Part shown: positions 1-13,769 of the stretch, in pieces
Layout of the letters: the number at the start of each line of letters is the position of its first letter
Numbering within the stretch: the stretch's first letter is position 1
Source of the DNA: Catajapyx aquilonaris
Lineage: Eukaryota
DNA length: 64,000 bases
Reading direction: 5' to 3'
Assembly: GCA_000934665.2 (NCBI GenBank)
Contig: JYFJ02001665.1
Location: 1 to 64,000 of the forward strand
The notes under the pieces: generated by a model
Database searches by the model: none
The model's input: only the letters and a program-made list of their open reading frames with translations
Told to the model about the DNA's origin: nothing
Translations under genes and position numbers: made by a program

Positions 1-45
1 CAGTCTGTTTATTTTCAATCAAATGAGTACGTAAGGATATCTAGG

Positions 46-140
46 TATAGGTGGGTAACCAGAGAGGCATAAAGGATAACTAGGTAAGGGTAGGTAAACA
101 GAGAGGCATAAAGGATAACTGGGTAAAGGGTAGGTAACCT
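46..140. repeat. Short tandem repeat, ~39-bp unit x2+
   Basis: cagagaggcataaaggataact(a/g)ggtaa occurs at ~60 and ~99, with ggtaggtaa sub-repeats. Confidence 0.7.
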
Positions 141-1153
141 CCGGAGAGGCGTGACCGTTGGCCAAGATATTGTCTTGGCTACTAAGCCTCGAGCGTAGAG
201 CGGCGCCCGGTTATAAAGGTGGTGCCCCAGTGCGAGATGGATATGTGATGTAGGCAGGAGTCACGTGATGGGTATGCGGCACGTGGGAAGCCGGGTTGGA
301 ATGGTGCATGTACATTCAGATACAAAATAACATTCATCAAGTGGGGCACATAGTGAACATGGTCAAATTCGGTCACAATACCAATTAAAACATTTCATAT
401 AATAAGTTTTCTGTGTACGTTTAAGTTCATATAATAAGTTTTCCTGTCATTGCTGCAATGATCAGTGACCTGAACTGACTGTAACTGATTACCACACCTT
501 TGCTGAAGACTTTGACTTATACAGAGTGCATTATGGAAGACAACCTATACCACAAAGAGTATTAAAAATTTTCTCATAACGAAGATATGCCGACTTTGGA
601 ACATGTAAAATACCTGTGTTACTGGAAGTTTCATGGTGCCTGGAAACTTGCAGATGAGCTGTGGAATGGTGTTGCAGGTAAAATTGGGGGAGGGGGAAAA
701 TACATCAAAGGGGATTTAATGACGCAGGAGGAATACACTGGCACGGTTTACATGGACTTAAAACTGAGGCGGTTTCCCCTGCTATTGTCCTTTCTGGCCA
801 TGCACTATGCGAGACAGAAGCAGAGCCGTAGGGGACTTCCATGAAGGAGATTAATGGCATCTGCCTGTGCTCCAAGTCAACCAGGTTCACCTGCCCCGTC
901 AAAAGTGCATGAATAGATGGCGGGTTGGCAAGTCACATTCATCGACTAGGTCGCTTCATCCACACTGTTGCCTGCAACCGCTGCACAACAAAAACAACTG
1001 CAACAAGTTGACAACATGCTCTCTAGTTGCAGTCAATGCATCCAGCTGCAATTACCAAGCTCTAAAAATAATTATGTTGCCAACATCTGTCCCTCTTGTG
1101 TTCAGCATGAGTGAGCACAGAATTTCTGGACAAATGTGAAAGTTTCTAGTCAA

Positions 1154-1734
1154 TCAGTCCACTTGCATTTGGTCTTGCGAACCACCGGGAAGGGCCAGGA
1201 AGAGGGAGTATGGATATCGTGAGACATCTCTCCTGCTGTGGAAGCGTAGATCCTGTGATGACCTGGACTGGGGTTGCAGAATCTGGCGTGCATTAGCAGC
1301 AAAGCGCGACACTACATCCTTCACTTTGGGCCAGTCAGCAGTGTTGTGGGATGGAACTAAACCACTTCTGGGTCTGTTGACATTGTTGTTGAGATGAAAT
1401 CGTTGAAAGTTGTCAACATTGCGAAATCGGGAGGCATCAAATGATGGTGGGGCAACTGGTGGAAATCGAACAAGGCCTCTGGTTACTGGTGTGGCAAATC
1501 TGTGTGGATGGGATGGGAATGCAATTGGTTGTTGTTGATGTTGTTGTTGCTGCTGTTGCTGTTGCTGCTGCTGTTGCTGTTGGAACACATTTCCAAAAGG
1601 AGGTCCTGCAGAATGTGGTCGAAATTGTTGTTGAAGCTGGTGTTGCTGCTGCAGTGGACGTGGTGGATGTGCTCTGAGGGTTAGATGTGGTTGAGGGCGA
1701 GGGGGTAGTTGTTGTTGAAAATGTTGCTGGAAGA

Positions 1735-1769
<35 letters not shown>

Positions 1770-4700
1770 TGCTGTTGCTGTTGTTGTTGTAGTAGCTGTT
1801 GCTGTTGTATCTGCTGCTGTTGCTGTTGTGGGGGGAACAAATGTCGTTGCTGCGGGGTAGGAAAGCCTTGCTGCTGGCGAATTTGTGTCTGGAGGTGCTG
1901 TGGTGCTGGGAAGGGAAGCCTGGGTGGGGCCAGGTGTGAAGGAGGCTGTGGGGCCGTTGCCAATAACGGAAGTTGTTGTTGTGGCCGCTCCCGATGACGC
2001 AGGTCAACCACTCCCAGGTTGTGCTCTTTGGCAGCCAGTTGTGGCAAGGTCGCACCGGAGACGCCTACTTGTGGCAACCCGCGGCCCAGATGATTGTTGT
2101 TGCTGTTACTTGTGGCGGCTCCTGCTAACAATGCCGTCTGCTCCGGAATTGGCCGAAATGGCGGGATAACGTAGTTGACGGGATGATTATGCTGGGGTGC
2201 AGTCTGAGGAGGAAGCTGGAAGGCATTGTTGAGGTGACTGGGTGGAGGAGTAGGAATTGACGTCTGACTCTGATGCACTGTCGGGAATAGCGACGAAGAA
2301 TGCTGCTGGGGGCCTGGAAATCTGGGGGTCTGTTGGGTAGGTTGCAGCTGCGGTGGCTGCCGTTGAATATGCTGATGTTGATGGATATGTTGGTTGTGAT
2401 GATGGTATGGAGGCTGGGGTGTTGATGATATTGCATTGAAGTTGTTTTCAGTATGGGATGGTGGCTTTGAATGGATCTGCAACTTTCCTTCGGCGTTAAA
2501 CTTGTTAGGTGGCTGCACTGTACTGGTGGGCAATGAGACCCTAAGAAGGGGCCTGTAGGTGGTCGGAGGTGCTTCCGTGGTTCCCACTGTTTGGTGATGG
2601 ATAAGGCGTTGAGGTTCTTGCGTCTGGTGGATCGGAGTACGAAGTGTGCTGCTTACATCAGCCTGTTGACCTGTCTCTCCTTCCTTTTGCTTTTGCTTCA
2701 AGATGTTGTGAATAGTGTGCTTATGTTCTGCTAAAGGCCCTTGGTCCAGGATGCCCAAATCATCTAGGTCCAACTGCTCTTCCCCGTTGAATCCGACTGT
2801 AATGATCTGAGCTTTGGCATCTCCGAGTTCTGTAGGAACAGTTCGGACATTATTATTGAGGAGTTTTTCAATGTCCGCGCCCGTAAGTATCTTGGAGAGG
2901 CCTGGATCATTTGGGTCAACAAACTCGAAGCCATCGGGCAGAGGCGGCGGTTCGCACCTGGCTACCGTCAACCACGCTACAGCCCACAGGAAAGTCCACA
3001 ACTGTCGGAAAGACAAAGAAACGACACGAGTTTTAAGCAGTATTATAGTCAAGTTTACAGTCATGTTTGTTGATTAGATAAATCACTTGCTCCGCGACTC
3101 AGGTACTCCCACGCTATTGTGTGCTTTTGAAATAACTCGACTCGACTGACCACTTTTCCAACGTTGCTACTGTTGCTCGTTGTAATATTACCAACAAAGC
3201 TGAACAGGTTTCTTTTTTCCCTCCCTGAAGGAGGTCGTTTCTTTGGAAACCCCCGTCTCCTAGATTCACGCTCCGAAATGGTCAGCCTCTCAAATGCTCT
3301 CCCGCCAATTAAGGTTAGATTGTTATGGCTCCAACACAACCGCGTGCCAGCAATAGTCCATTACGCAAGAGTGAGTTGGTCATCACGTTTGGCATAATGA
3401 AAAGGGGTGTGTTCAAAGAGTAGATGAGGTCATGTACTGTACACCGTATGCCCCGTTGTTGGAACGAGTGCTGTCTTCCCTCGCCAGGAATCGAACCTGA
3501 GTCCACATCCAGAATACTGAACATGTGCTTTGCCATTAAGCTACAAGGGATATTGCACTCGACCATGGATGTGGAGGAGAGGTTGGGTTTTAGAATATTG
3601 TCCCAATTTGTCCTAGATGTCAGATATAATTTGTGGATGCCATTGTTCTTTCACGGGCAACAAAAGGTCAACCCATAGAGCGTTCCGTACAGCGGGACAG
3701 GTTGAGAAAGTCTAATTTAGTAGACTTGGCACGTAGGTTATGAGTGCGTCTCTTTTGTGGGGAAAGTCAGATGATGCTACCGCAAGCTGGCGGACATGTC
3801 GAGATCACGAAATAGAGAGAGGGCCGCCAGTTTTTAATTTGACAAATTAAAGAAGGAATAAAGTGGGTAGCTTCTCGGCTTTCTAATCCAGAGGCTAGCC
3901 AAATTAATAACGGAAGCCGCGCATTACTGACCACGAGCTAACTAATGTAGGTGCTCAGTAGCACGAAAACAATTTTTCTTCTTCTAAGACTGGGACAATT
4001 AGGTAAGGGGGGCTGATAGGCCAATATAGTTTTCTGGGTGAAGGACTGAAAACAGCCTCTTCAGGGACAGGAAAGAGTGGTTGCAGAACGAGTCATACAT
4101 GTCCTCTAATGCAGTCGATCGAGTTATTGTAAAAGTGGAAATTCCCCGAGAACTTTTCTGTGTTCAGATATTGGGGGCAGGGAGTACGAATTTGCATTAC
4201 ATTTAAGGTATATACAAACAACAGCGTTCTAGCCTATTCCTGTAAAAATGTGCACTAAATGACTTCATCTTCTATCATTTTGTTTGTTACACTTTGCTGC
4301 CGTTGCAGTGAGAAAGCCGACTGCCGGTCCTATAAACGGTGGGCACACACCGGACGAGATGTGCCGAATCACTTTAAAAACTCGTGGCGAAAGTATATAG
4401 CCCACTTTTGAAGGAACAACTTTCTCCTTTGCATCTTCATGATGCCACCAAACCCCGCTGCATCGGTCAACCGAAATTGATTCGTATCTTCTCCGCCGGC
4501 AACCGAAGAAGAAATACTGTCGTGGTTAAGACGGAAAAAAAAAACTTTCACTAAATAAACCACCGAGCTGTTTCCAGAGACAATATCGTTCGTCATGCAG
4601 ATGAGCAAATTGATGTTTTGAGATCAACGGAATAATAATAGTCCTTAATGCACCGCTCACATCGTCAAGACACGAGGAAACGTGGAAGACTCACTATCAC

Positions 4701-4872
4701 TTTTTACGGTTCATTTTTCCCCACAAAGTCGTCAATCCAGTGGACGTCACACCACTTTCATTCGTGCTTTATGGATCACTTTCTCGGGATGCTGCACCAC
4801 GACATCAAGCTCATCCCCACCTACTCGTGCTTACAACCCTCTCACTTTTTAACCCCTTCTTTACATAATCGC

Positions 4873-4948
<76 letters not shown>

Positions 4949-5159
4949 TTCCGTTCTGCTCGATGAACTCGTGCTGACTCTCATTATCAAACAAAAAATT
5001 AAATACATTAGTTACTTAAAAGTAGTACACGCCGTATTGAAACGGAGCACAAAACGAGCTAGAAACGTCCACGAAAAAATGGGCACGCCATGGTGAGATT
5101 CGCAAATAGTAATTCACAAATTGCACTAGTTAGTAAATGGAAAGACTTACCCTGAGCAT
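1154..5159 (-). CDS. Secreted Gln/His/Pro-rich low-complexity protein, ~618 aa; coding exons 5151-5159 and 1154-3001
   Basis: The long ORF 1154-3064 contains a good acceptor (ttctttgtctttccgacag|TTG at 3001). An upstream ATG CTC AGG|gtaagt at 5159-5151 joins it in phase 0, giving a signal-peptide-like N-terminus MLRLWTFLWAVAWLTVARC-EPPP. The rest is polyQ, His-rich and Pro-rich with no recognisable domain. The first exon is inferred. Confidence 0.8.
3465..3550 (-). mobile_element. Degenerate tRNA-derived SINE fragment
   Basis: The reverse strand has a B-box-like GGTTCGATTCC preceded by an A-box-like tagcttaatggc. Confidence 0.45.
4873..4946. repeat. (AAT)n microsatellite in the intron of the Gln-rich gene
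   Basis: Pure AAT run. Confidence 0.95.
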
Positions 5160-6069
5160 GTCGAAAGCTTGTATGCGAGAGAGTGTGTGCCCCTTAGGAA
5201 GCAGTGCTCAGGTGAAGAGCAGAAAGAAGAATGAGGCGGTTGTGGGCCAGCATGCTCTTTTAAGGCCTCGGCTCATCATGACTCTGTTCCATCTGCCTTC
5301 GTCCATTTCTTCTTCGCTTCTTTTATTTTCCCTCGGCTATTGGTGTCACTGGGTGAGCCGCTCTCGGGTCTTCATCGGATGCCTTTTCTTTCTACATGGT
5401 CATCTTATTGCTATATGATCCATCCGGAGCAGGGTGGCCATACTTAGGGTATAAATACTTCGCAGCAGTTACGTGACAGCTGATATGAAGTTGGTGGAAA
5501 AAGTAGGCTGTGTGTGTGTGTGCCAACAAGAGATTGATTCCCAGATGTGAGGTACAGGTGCCGCCTTCGCGTGGCGTAATAATTGAATTGGTAAATGTGC
5601 CATATTTTATAAGGATGCTACTCATTAACAGCGCAGGACAAATAGCTTGCACGGGCATTCACTTCCAGCAGACGTATATATGAGGGTCCATTTGTCAGTA
5701 TTTGCGCCGGCAAAAGAAAAAAATTAAGCAACACCATTTCGGCTGCTTTTTAACGCCGATATGCCTAATTAGCTTTTTATGATGAAACTTGTTCATCACG
5801 ACATACAATCTTGCCTATTTGAGGTAATGTATGCCTTTGAAAAACTGGAGAATATTGTCACATAAATTCGTTAATTTGAATATGGCACCTAGGAAATTAA
5901 TACATTGTTTGTCTTTGTATCGCTTCTTCTCTTTTTTATCGACTGGTTCAGAATTAGTAGCCTACCTGCAATGCAAGTTTCTCTGGCACAGTATATAATT
6001 ATCTATGCTTATGTTCCTCAGAACCAAAATGTCCCTGAATGATCTCCAGGAATAGTCTGGAGCATATAT

Positions 6070-6117
6070 CCTCCTGAGACCTGATGTCCAATATATTGGA
6101 CATCAGGTCTCCGGAGG
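6070..6117. mobile_element. 48-bp palindromic mini-MITE, collapsed form of the 36350-36476 element
   Basis: cctcctgagac-ctgatgtccaatatattggacatcag-gtctccggagg followed by ttaa; same termini as 36350-36476. Confidence 0.75.
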
Positions 6118-9100
6118 TTAAACCATTGGAGAACAATAATATCATTATTTTTTTACCACACAGCCTTACATCAAAGAGTAAAGTAGCCCTCCAAAACCGT
6201 CTATGCCAGATACAAGGGGATGGAGGCTATTATTAAAGACTCAGACACACCGTGACTTAAAAGTGAGATAACTCCTGGGTACCAGATTTTAACTAAATGT
6301 ATTGTTTCTTCAAGAATACATAATGGTGCTGACATCACAAGCCTTTTATTGTCGAATAACTGCCAGGATATTTTAGGCTATAAAAATCAATTATTTCGGT
6401 AAGACGGTAACGAGCCTCCGAAGAGCAAAATAAGGAGGACTTGCACTGAACATAACGTTATCACCGGGTTCCTAGTAGTTTATCCACTATAGAAGTTTGG
6501 GTAAATCATTATGAAACATCCTTTATAGACGTTTTTATTCTACTGTGAAACCAATCACCAGGACTCGTTGGAAAATCTCTATAAAGTCAAAGTGCGTTTT
6601 AGCATTTGGATGCTTACTTGACTTCTAAGTATAGCGACAATATTATTGAATGGTTATATGATTATCCATTCATTTGTGAAAAGCTCTTCAAACTCAATTC
6701 AGTGATCTGCAATGGCAAATCAGAAGACAATCTATGTGAATATTTATAATTAAATGTCGAAAGGGTATTTTTCTCATCGTTCTGTGAAATAGTCATTTAT
6801 GGCATAATTTGTATACTGTATACGAGTAAAATAACATATCTTTATTAATATGAATTGGTGCCCGTAGGTTACTCAAAATGTATCTATCATTATTTTGTAA
6901 GAACGTTATGATGATAAATTAGATTTTTAAATTTTTACCTCACAATTGTGGATTTTTTTTGGTTACGTCCGGGAACTTTCCCCAAATTTAATAGGCCCTC
7001 CAATAACCCTCTCCATAATATGTTTGTTATCCTGTTTTTGGACTACTTCTGAGCTTAGATTTGGGTATGACCAAGGATATAAGCTTAAGCACATGCGGCA
7101 CGGTAGAAAGAAAAACTCTTTCCCGCAATTGGCCATTTTTACTTAAACACTTTTCCACTTTCATTCCGACAATTTTAATGGTCTCTTGCTTGGAAGAACT
7201 TGCTTTGACACACCTATACATGTGCAGGCATTCTAACTGCATATCATTGTGAGAGGTCAAGGACTACACACACTGTATTGCAAGTAACAACCAGTGGCAT
7301 TACCGACAAATTTTGGTCTTGAAATATATCAAGTAATCGTCCTACCTGCCCGTTATGCCTGTGCATAATGTCGTGACGAATTTTTGTCTTACTTCTTGCG
7401 TTGAAGTTCAAAGGTTTCCGTAATATGTACCCAGAATATACATGAAATTCGGCCTAGCGTGGAACGGTACACCTACAGTAGGACACTGGTAAATCTCAAG
7501 GTCGTTAGCACTCGCTCTGGGTTGACGCAAGTTCAATCAAAAGTAGGTTTTAGAACCTGTAAGGAGAGAAAGGGTCAAAAGCTCAGAGGCGGACATATTC
7601 CACTCGTAAATTTTGTCAGACACATGAGCGAACCTTGTGTACAGGCTACATTTTCCCATTGCACCGCCCATTGCACAGAAGAAAACGAGTTCATTTGCAA
7701 CCCACTGCTGTGAGACAATAATACAACCGCAATTGGCACATGCTGTTAAGTCACTTATAGCAATCTTGTATATAACTGTCCCGTTCTTGTTTTTTGCTTT
7801 CAGGGAAAACGCACTAAACGGTACACATGCAATCTTCCCCTAAATGAAATCCGGTTGACCAGCCATGCATTCGACTCGGAGGCGTCTTCCGATGTCGCGC
7901 GAAAGTAAACGGATTCGCTGTCAGAGCTCTGGATACCGGGTCGGGGCCGTTTCGTAACAATGTGTCTCAGCCGGTATCGTCTTACTTGGCAAAAGGGCAA
8001 TGTCAGAAAGTGGAACTAGAACCTGTTTCAACTCACATCGAAAAAGGAACCGAATTATCTCACTGCGTGTTGCGCCGGGTAGGGAAAAAACCAAACTGAA
8101 GTATACCCATTTCCTGAGTATTTCTGTGAAACCTGTCACGACATGTTCCTCCGTGATGGTGGCTCACGACTTCTGGCCCTTTCCCTGTCTTCCACACGTT
8201 ACATGCTGTTGTTCATTCCGATTAGATATGCTTGATAGGAAGAGATTCGCACAGTGTTGACTATGTTAAAAATCCTGGCATTTCATTTACTGTAGTTCCA
8301 ACAGATGGACATTGAATATTAGTACTATTAGACACTAGAGAAGCTTCAGAAGCTTCACCTCCGTTTCCGGATAGCATCATGCACAGTCATAGATACGTGA
8401 GGAGGTACAAGATTGCACGGAAACTAGATCGGCCCATGCGGAACTCTTTGCCTTACATTACGGTCAGGAACAATGGTCCTGCGACACGCCATATAGGACA
8501 GTATCAGTATCATGAAACAATCGGCGGCGGATATGGTCCCTAAAAAAAGATGAGTATTTCCGCTTCACACACAAAATGTCTGATAAAGGGGTTATCAATA
8601 GAGGATGTGAATCGGAACGAAAGTTTGAGTCTGTTAAGGGCATCAAAGTGATGCATCGTAATGTTGTGTTTTTTTCTCTCTCTTCCAGATGTGTTAGGAA
8701 CATCACTGCCGCATTCCCATGCGCAACCCGGCCAGAGGAAGTAGTAATGAGAGAGTTTCTAAAAACATAGGTCCCATCTTGGGAGGGGCGGGAAGGAGGG
8801 GGTTGGAGGCAGGGGAGAAACAAATGCAGACCAAAGCATTGTCTATGTAGATCCCCCTCCCCCTCCATTTGTTCCTTATTCGTCAATTCTCAATATTGTG
8901 TAGGTAGATAGGAGTGAGAATGAGGCCTTCCGCCTGGATGTATTGCCGTTGCGTGTTTTGGACTTGCCTACATTGTTGGATGTTATGTATTATTGCTGGA
9001 TTCTAGTGCGAGAAGAGCCTTCTTAGCCTAAATATTGTGCAAGAATCAAGTCTCGCTATTTTTTGAATTGTTTGCACACTTTCAAGTTAGAAATTGTTTA

Positions 9101-12100
9101 CATGTCTAATGGCCTGCCATTCCGTTTCAAAACCGGAGAAAATCAAGTTTGTGGTAATAAACTGCGATTTCCTTTGCAATACCCCCAGTGAAACAATTTA
9201 CCATATATAACTACAGTAGTGCCTATGACCTAGTGACGTAATATTTATGGCACAATGTGCAACTGTAAAATATATTGTTAGGACTCAATAACTCGAGCTA
9301 CTTTCACGTGAACGTTTGAAAATGCATCGTAAAAAAAATACCAAACTCGCGTTTACGTAACACAGGTGGCGTACCCTTGATGACCCTTATACACATTTGA
9401 AAGTGGTGATGTGTCCATATATGTACGTCTCACCTGGACTTTTGTGTCTGCACTTCTATTCATATAAGAATGGCGTTTACAAGTGAATTTGCCAACTCCA
9501 TTGTATACCTTATTACAGATGTCTTTTTGTTGACCGTCACGGCAGTAAAAGTAACATTGAAGATGTGTGCATCATCTTGGCTAAGGAAGCTTTCTGACAC
9601 CATGGTTTTTCTCTTTTTTGTGAGATTGCCTCTCTTTCATGGCCTTTCACCCGTCATGAGGAAAACTTTCCTATTTTCTGGAACATGCTCTTGAAAATAT
9701 GCCCTGCACTTTTCCTCACCATATTAAGCAGCTGTTTCTGGGTCATTTTGCATCCGAGATTTTTCTATATGAATCCCTCTACATGTTGAATGTACAATAT
9801 ATGAGAATTAAAATGGGACTTGCACATTCCGCATATCTTACAAGCTGAGTGATGGGGTTCATATTATAGTCCATGGTGTGGGGAATACAAAAAAATGTAT
9901 GAACATCGCCACTAATAATGATACTTGTATTACCACACTGTCCACGCTAAAATCCCTGAACAATGTAATAATTATTCATACGACATTATTGCAATTCCCA
10001 GCTAAATATAACAATTCTGCAAAAACTATCAAATTCGTGGTGATGGTTTGTGGAATATCCTTTGAGCCACGTACGTGTCCTAATAAGCAACCATAATTAT
10101 ATAACTTTATGCTTTACATCATCAATAAATAGGCCAGAACTTATTTTTAGAAGGATGGTTATCTGCAATAGTCAATCAGCAAAACAACCCCCTGCCACTT
10201 CAAAGTTAGCCTTGATTGCGTGTTTCCGATAGGCTGAACCTTCTCCATCGAACTCTTCAGATGCTTCCTTTATTATGGGAATTCAAGCACCACTTCGGGT
10301 CAAGTGCTTTAGTAGCCTTTCGCCTTTAGTAGCCTTTAGTAGCCTTTAGTAACCGTTCGAAGCATAATTAAAATAAAGAGCCACGCTAGTATATTTACTT
10401 TTAATAAAAGTTTTTAACTGCATGTATACAGTATGGTATATACACTGCAATGCTTCGGACACTCTGAAGTCGGTGGCTGTATATGAACGAAAATCTGACT
10501 CTTTGTAATACAACCTATTGCACGTGTTTGACTACAGATAATGTCACTTGAGCCATACACTTTGTTGTACTTCCTAAATGCGTATAAGGTGAAGTTTGCA
10601 CTTTGATTTCAAGCCCCAAGGATATAGGAATTTGAACTCAGACGGTCTTATCTAACGCAGTCTGGACAGGAAATAGTGAATCACAAGTCGCAATTTTGAA
10701 TACGAGAAGGTCCCCTGGTGGAGCAGACCAGATCGTCATAAGGTGTCAGTTTACGAGGAAGCATGAAGAAACAGTGTATGTTCGTTTTTCGATCTGATTA
10801 TAGTGGCGGAGGTCGCTCCTTTATTATCACTGATAGCTGCACACATCAGTCGAGTCAGTACCGCAGTTCTTCTCTAGTGCCGGCAGTGGTAAGAAAAAGA
10901 AGATATTATGAGTTCCGACGGTTCTTACTGGACGAACAACATTGTCACGCACATTTTTAGGACCAGCTAGAAGAGGCCCATTGTTATACAGAGCAGGATA
11001 CAAAAAAAAAGGAAAGTGAGTTACGTAAGTAAGTTACGTCAACCAACATTGGTGCAGTGCATAGACAAATATCATCAGCACATAGTTTCTTAACCTTTGA
11101 CCCACGTACCAAGAAACTGCACTTCTCGCCCGAGATTAGTTCAAATTAAGTTCAAGGGTGATTTTTTTTTCTTCAACCAATCATTCCCTCTAGAACCATA
11201 GCGGTGTCAAAAACCAGCATTGGCCTTGGCCTACCGCACATATCCAGCCTACATCACAAGCCTACTTTTCTCCTCAATTAACTGTGGGATATTCGTTAGG
11301 GAGAAAAGCAGATCGTCACGCGAGGGCCTGAAGTTTGACGGATCCCGCGTTTCTCGCCCAATTAACTACACGTTTCCACGCACATGAAGGAAGCAACCGT
11401 TCCACGCCCAGCAGGAACTGCAACCATTTTAGCGTTGCCACGTGCACCGTTTTCTCTCTTAAAAAATTATGAATACCTCCTGCACATGGTTATGGTAACC
11501 TTGCATACGTGTGACAGATGTTACGAAACCATTTGTAAATAACTACTCGGGAGATGACAACCGGTATCACAGTCAATAGTCTAATCTCGTTAGGTCAGTC
11601 ATGAAAGGACGGGGCTTTTCAAGTGGCGCCTGCTCAATTTATGAGTTTGAATTGATTCGCACCATGCATATAGGGTCAAACTACGATGCTTGTTGGCCTG
11701 TTTGCCTGCGTGATGGAACGAAACCGAAAGAAGCCACTTTCCCTGCTGTCCGACCCCCACGCACCCCAGGCCATTGAGCATCTTCTTGGAAGGGCTACTC
11801 CATGGGGTCTTTTCAAGACTAACTTGTAACGCCTTACAACATCGCACGAGTATAGCCACCGCCCAACTACCTAATCAGCCATTTGACACACATTTTTCGA
11901 TATCATTGTGAGAAATAGTAAACGCGATTACGACAATCTGATGATTTAATTCTACCTATAGATAATGAACGGATTTCAAACTTGCCGAATTAAGAAGCCT
12001 TCCTTTTTGACCTTTCATGACAAGTGGGCAGTAATGAAGTCAATACACCGACCCAACCGAGAATCCCGCAAGTGCTTTGGATTGTTTCCTTCCGGAAGAA

Positions 12101-13429
12101 AGCTAGATATTGTGAAAGAAGGTGAAAGAAGTGGGCAGTCAGGCAGGCAGTTTAGGAAAAGTAGGTTAGTGGCATGGGATGGACAGATAGGATTGCGGTG
12201 CGTCTTCCACGCGCGCCCTTTTGCCTCCCACCTGCCAACAGAATCCTACAGAATTCGCGGCAGTTAATACTCAAATTCTGAGGGTGAAAGTGGGCATGAC
12301 CAATGTCCAGACGCGTATTGACAGACTATCCTTCGTGAATTCTTATACAGCCAGTTTGCAGTACAAAGCAGAGGGGGTACTTTGTTTGGTGGCAGATGTT
12401 CATGTCTAAAGTTGCATCACACGTGGAGGAATGAAGCGTGGGCTCATCTTGAAATGAGGTGAAAGCAGGAATGGGTGAAAGTAGTCGACTTGCTCTTTGG
12501 ATCAGGTGGGGATGTCCAGTAGTCAGAGAATCCGGATGCAACCTGCATTCTTCCCCAAAAAATGAAAACATGGATGATTAATAATCAGTCTAGTGAGAAA
12601 AGTACATAACAAAATAAAATAAACCGTGGGCGGAAGAACCGGAAAGCCCCAGGAACAACCACAATGCATTATTGCCTTTGGTCAATGCGGCATTTATGTT
12701 CTTTCTGGTGTAAATTCCCATAGGAATTGTGTCGTTCCTGTTTTCAAAATGATTTTTACGGAATATCAAGGTAAGAATGGGGCACTTTACAAAGTCTCCA
12801 GGCATGCTCCAGTTTATGCTGACATCTTGGGTTTCCCGGGCTGCTTTCATTTCACACGATTTTCTCCAATCAGGACGAAGCAGAAGATTGGCACGGGAAA
12901 TTATTGTTTCAGTTATTTTGTAACAAATATTGCCGTAAAATTGTTGCGTATTGTTTTCTAGGTTATTCTCACCCTTATCAGTTGAAATGTTTTGAAAGTT
13001 ATGCCAACGACAACAACAGATGCGGCAGAGGAAGCAAATAATAAGAATATTAGGCCTACTAACTCACTGGTCATGAGCCAAATATTATCTGACAATATTC
13101 ACCTCGGAATTCGTGTCTTTGGCGGAGTCTCATATTCTCACACGTGTCATTAGGAAATAACTCATTATCGATTTCAAGAAAAAGAAATATTTCCGATAGT
13201 GGGTGCATGTGACGGGTGGAAATTGCGCAAACACGAGACAATCTGGGAACCGGAGGACGCATAGGTAAAAAAATAAATTATCAAAATCATTCAGGTAGAC
13301 TTAAAGGGCAAATATTACGCCCTGGTAAATAGCCTACTGTCGCATCCGTATACTGCTCCATAGCTGTTAAATACTGTTGCAGCACTTATAGCTAAGTCAC
13401 AAAAGGCAATTGTTATATAATAATAATAA

Positions 13430-13689
13430 ACCGAAGCAGTGGTAGCGGAGGGGATATGGTATCCGACTGCTAATCGGGAGGTCCTGGGTTCGAATCCCGG
13501 TGGCCGCCGACCCTGACCGTGGTTTTCTGTAGTTTCCCATGGTCGTGTCCGTAATTATAGGCCACAGCCGCTTCCTCCCGTCCCTATCCCATCCCCTTAT
13601 ACGAGAAGTAAAAACGTAAGCAAGAGTTCCAGATAAAAAAATATGGTGGTATCCCACCCCCCTAAGAGAGCCCATGGCTCTAGCACGGG

Positions 13690-13721
<32 letters not shown>

Positions 13722-13730
13722 TAAATAATA

Positions 13731-13769
<39 letters not shown>
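13430..13769 (+). mobile_element. tRNA-derived SINE, family A, with (AAT)n tail
   Basis: Head contains gactgctaatc (Ser-GCT-like anticodon arm) and GGTTCGAATCC B box. The body is shared with 41315-41617 and 55281-55459; tail 13690-13769. Confidence 0.85.

Noticed and set aside
1441..2436. Overlapping ORFs with poly-L/V/A/S/N
   Set aside because: Alternative frames and the antisense strand of the CAG/CAA repeats of the Gln-rich gene.
4648..5008. Poly-N and poly-Y ORFs (also 52582-52821)
   Set aside because: Translations of (AAT)n microsatellites.
10307..10351. ctttagtagc repeats as a CRISPR-like array
   Set aside because: A simple 10-bp tandem repeat without spacers, in a eukaryotic context.
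13430..13510. Possible tRNA genes (also ~41320, ~48870, ~55400)
   Set aside because: No proper acceptor stem, and they continue into a shared body, tail and TSD, so they are SINE heads.
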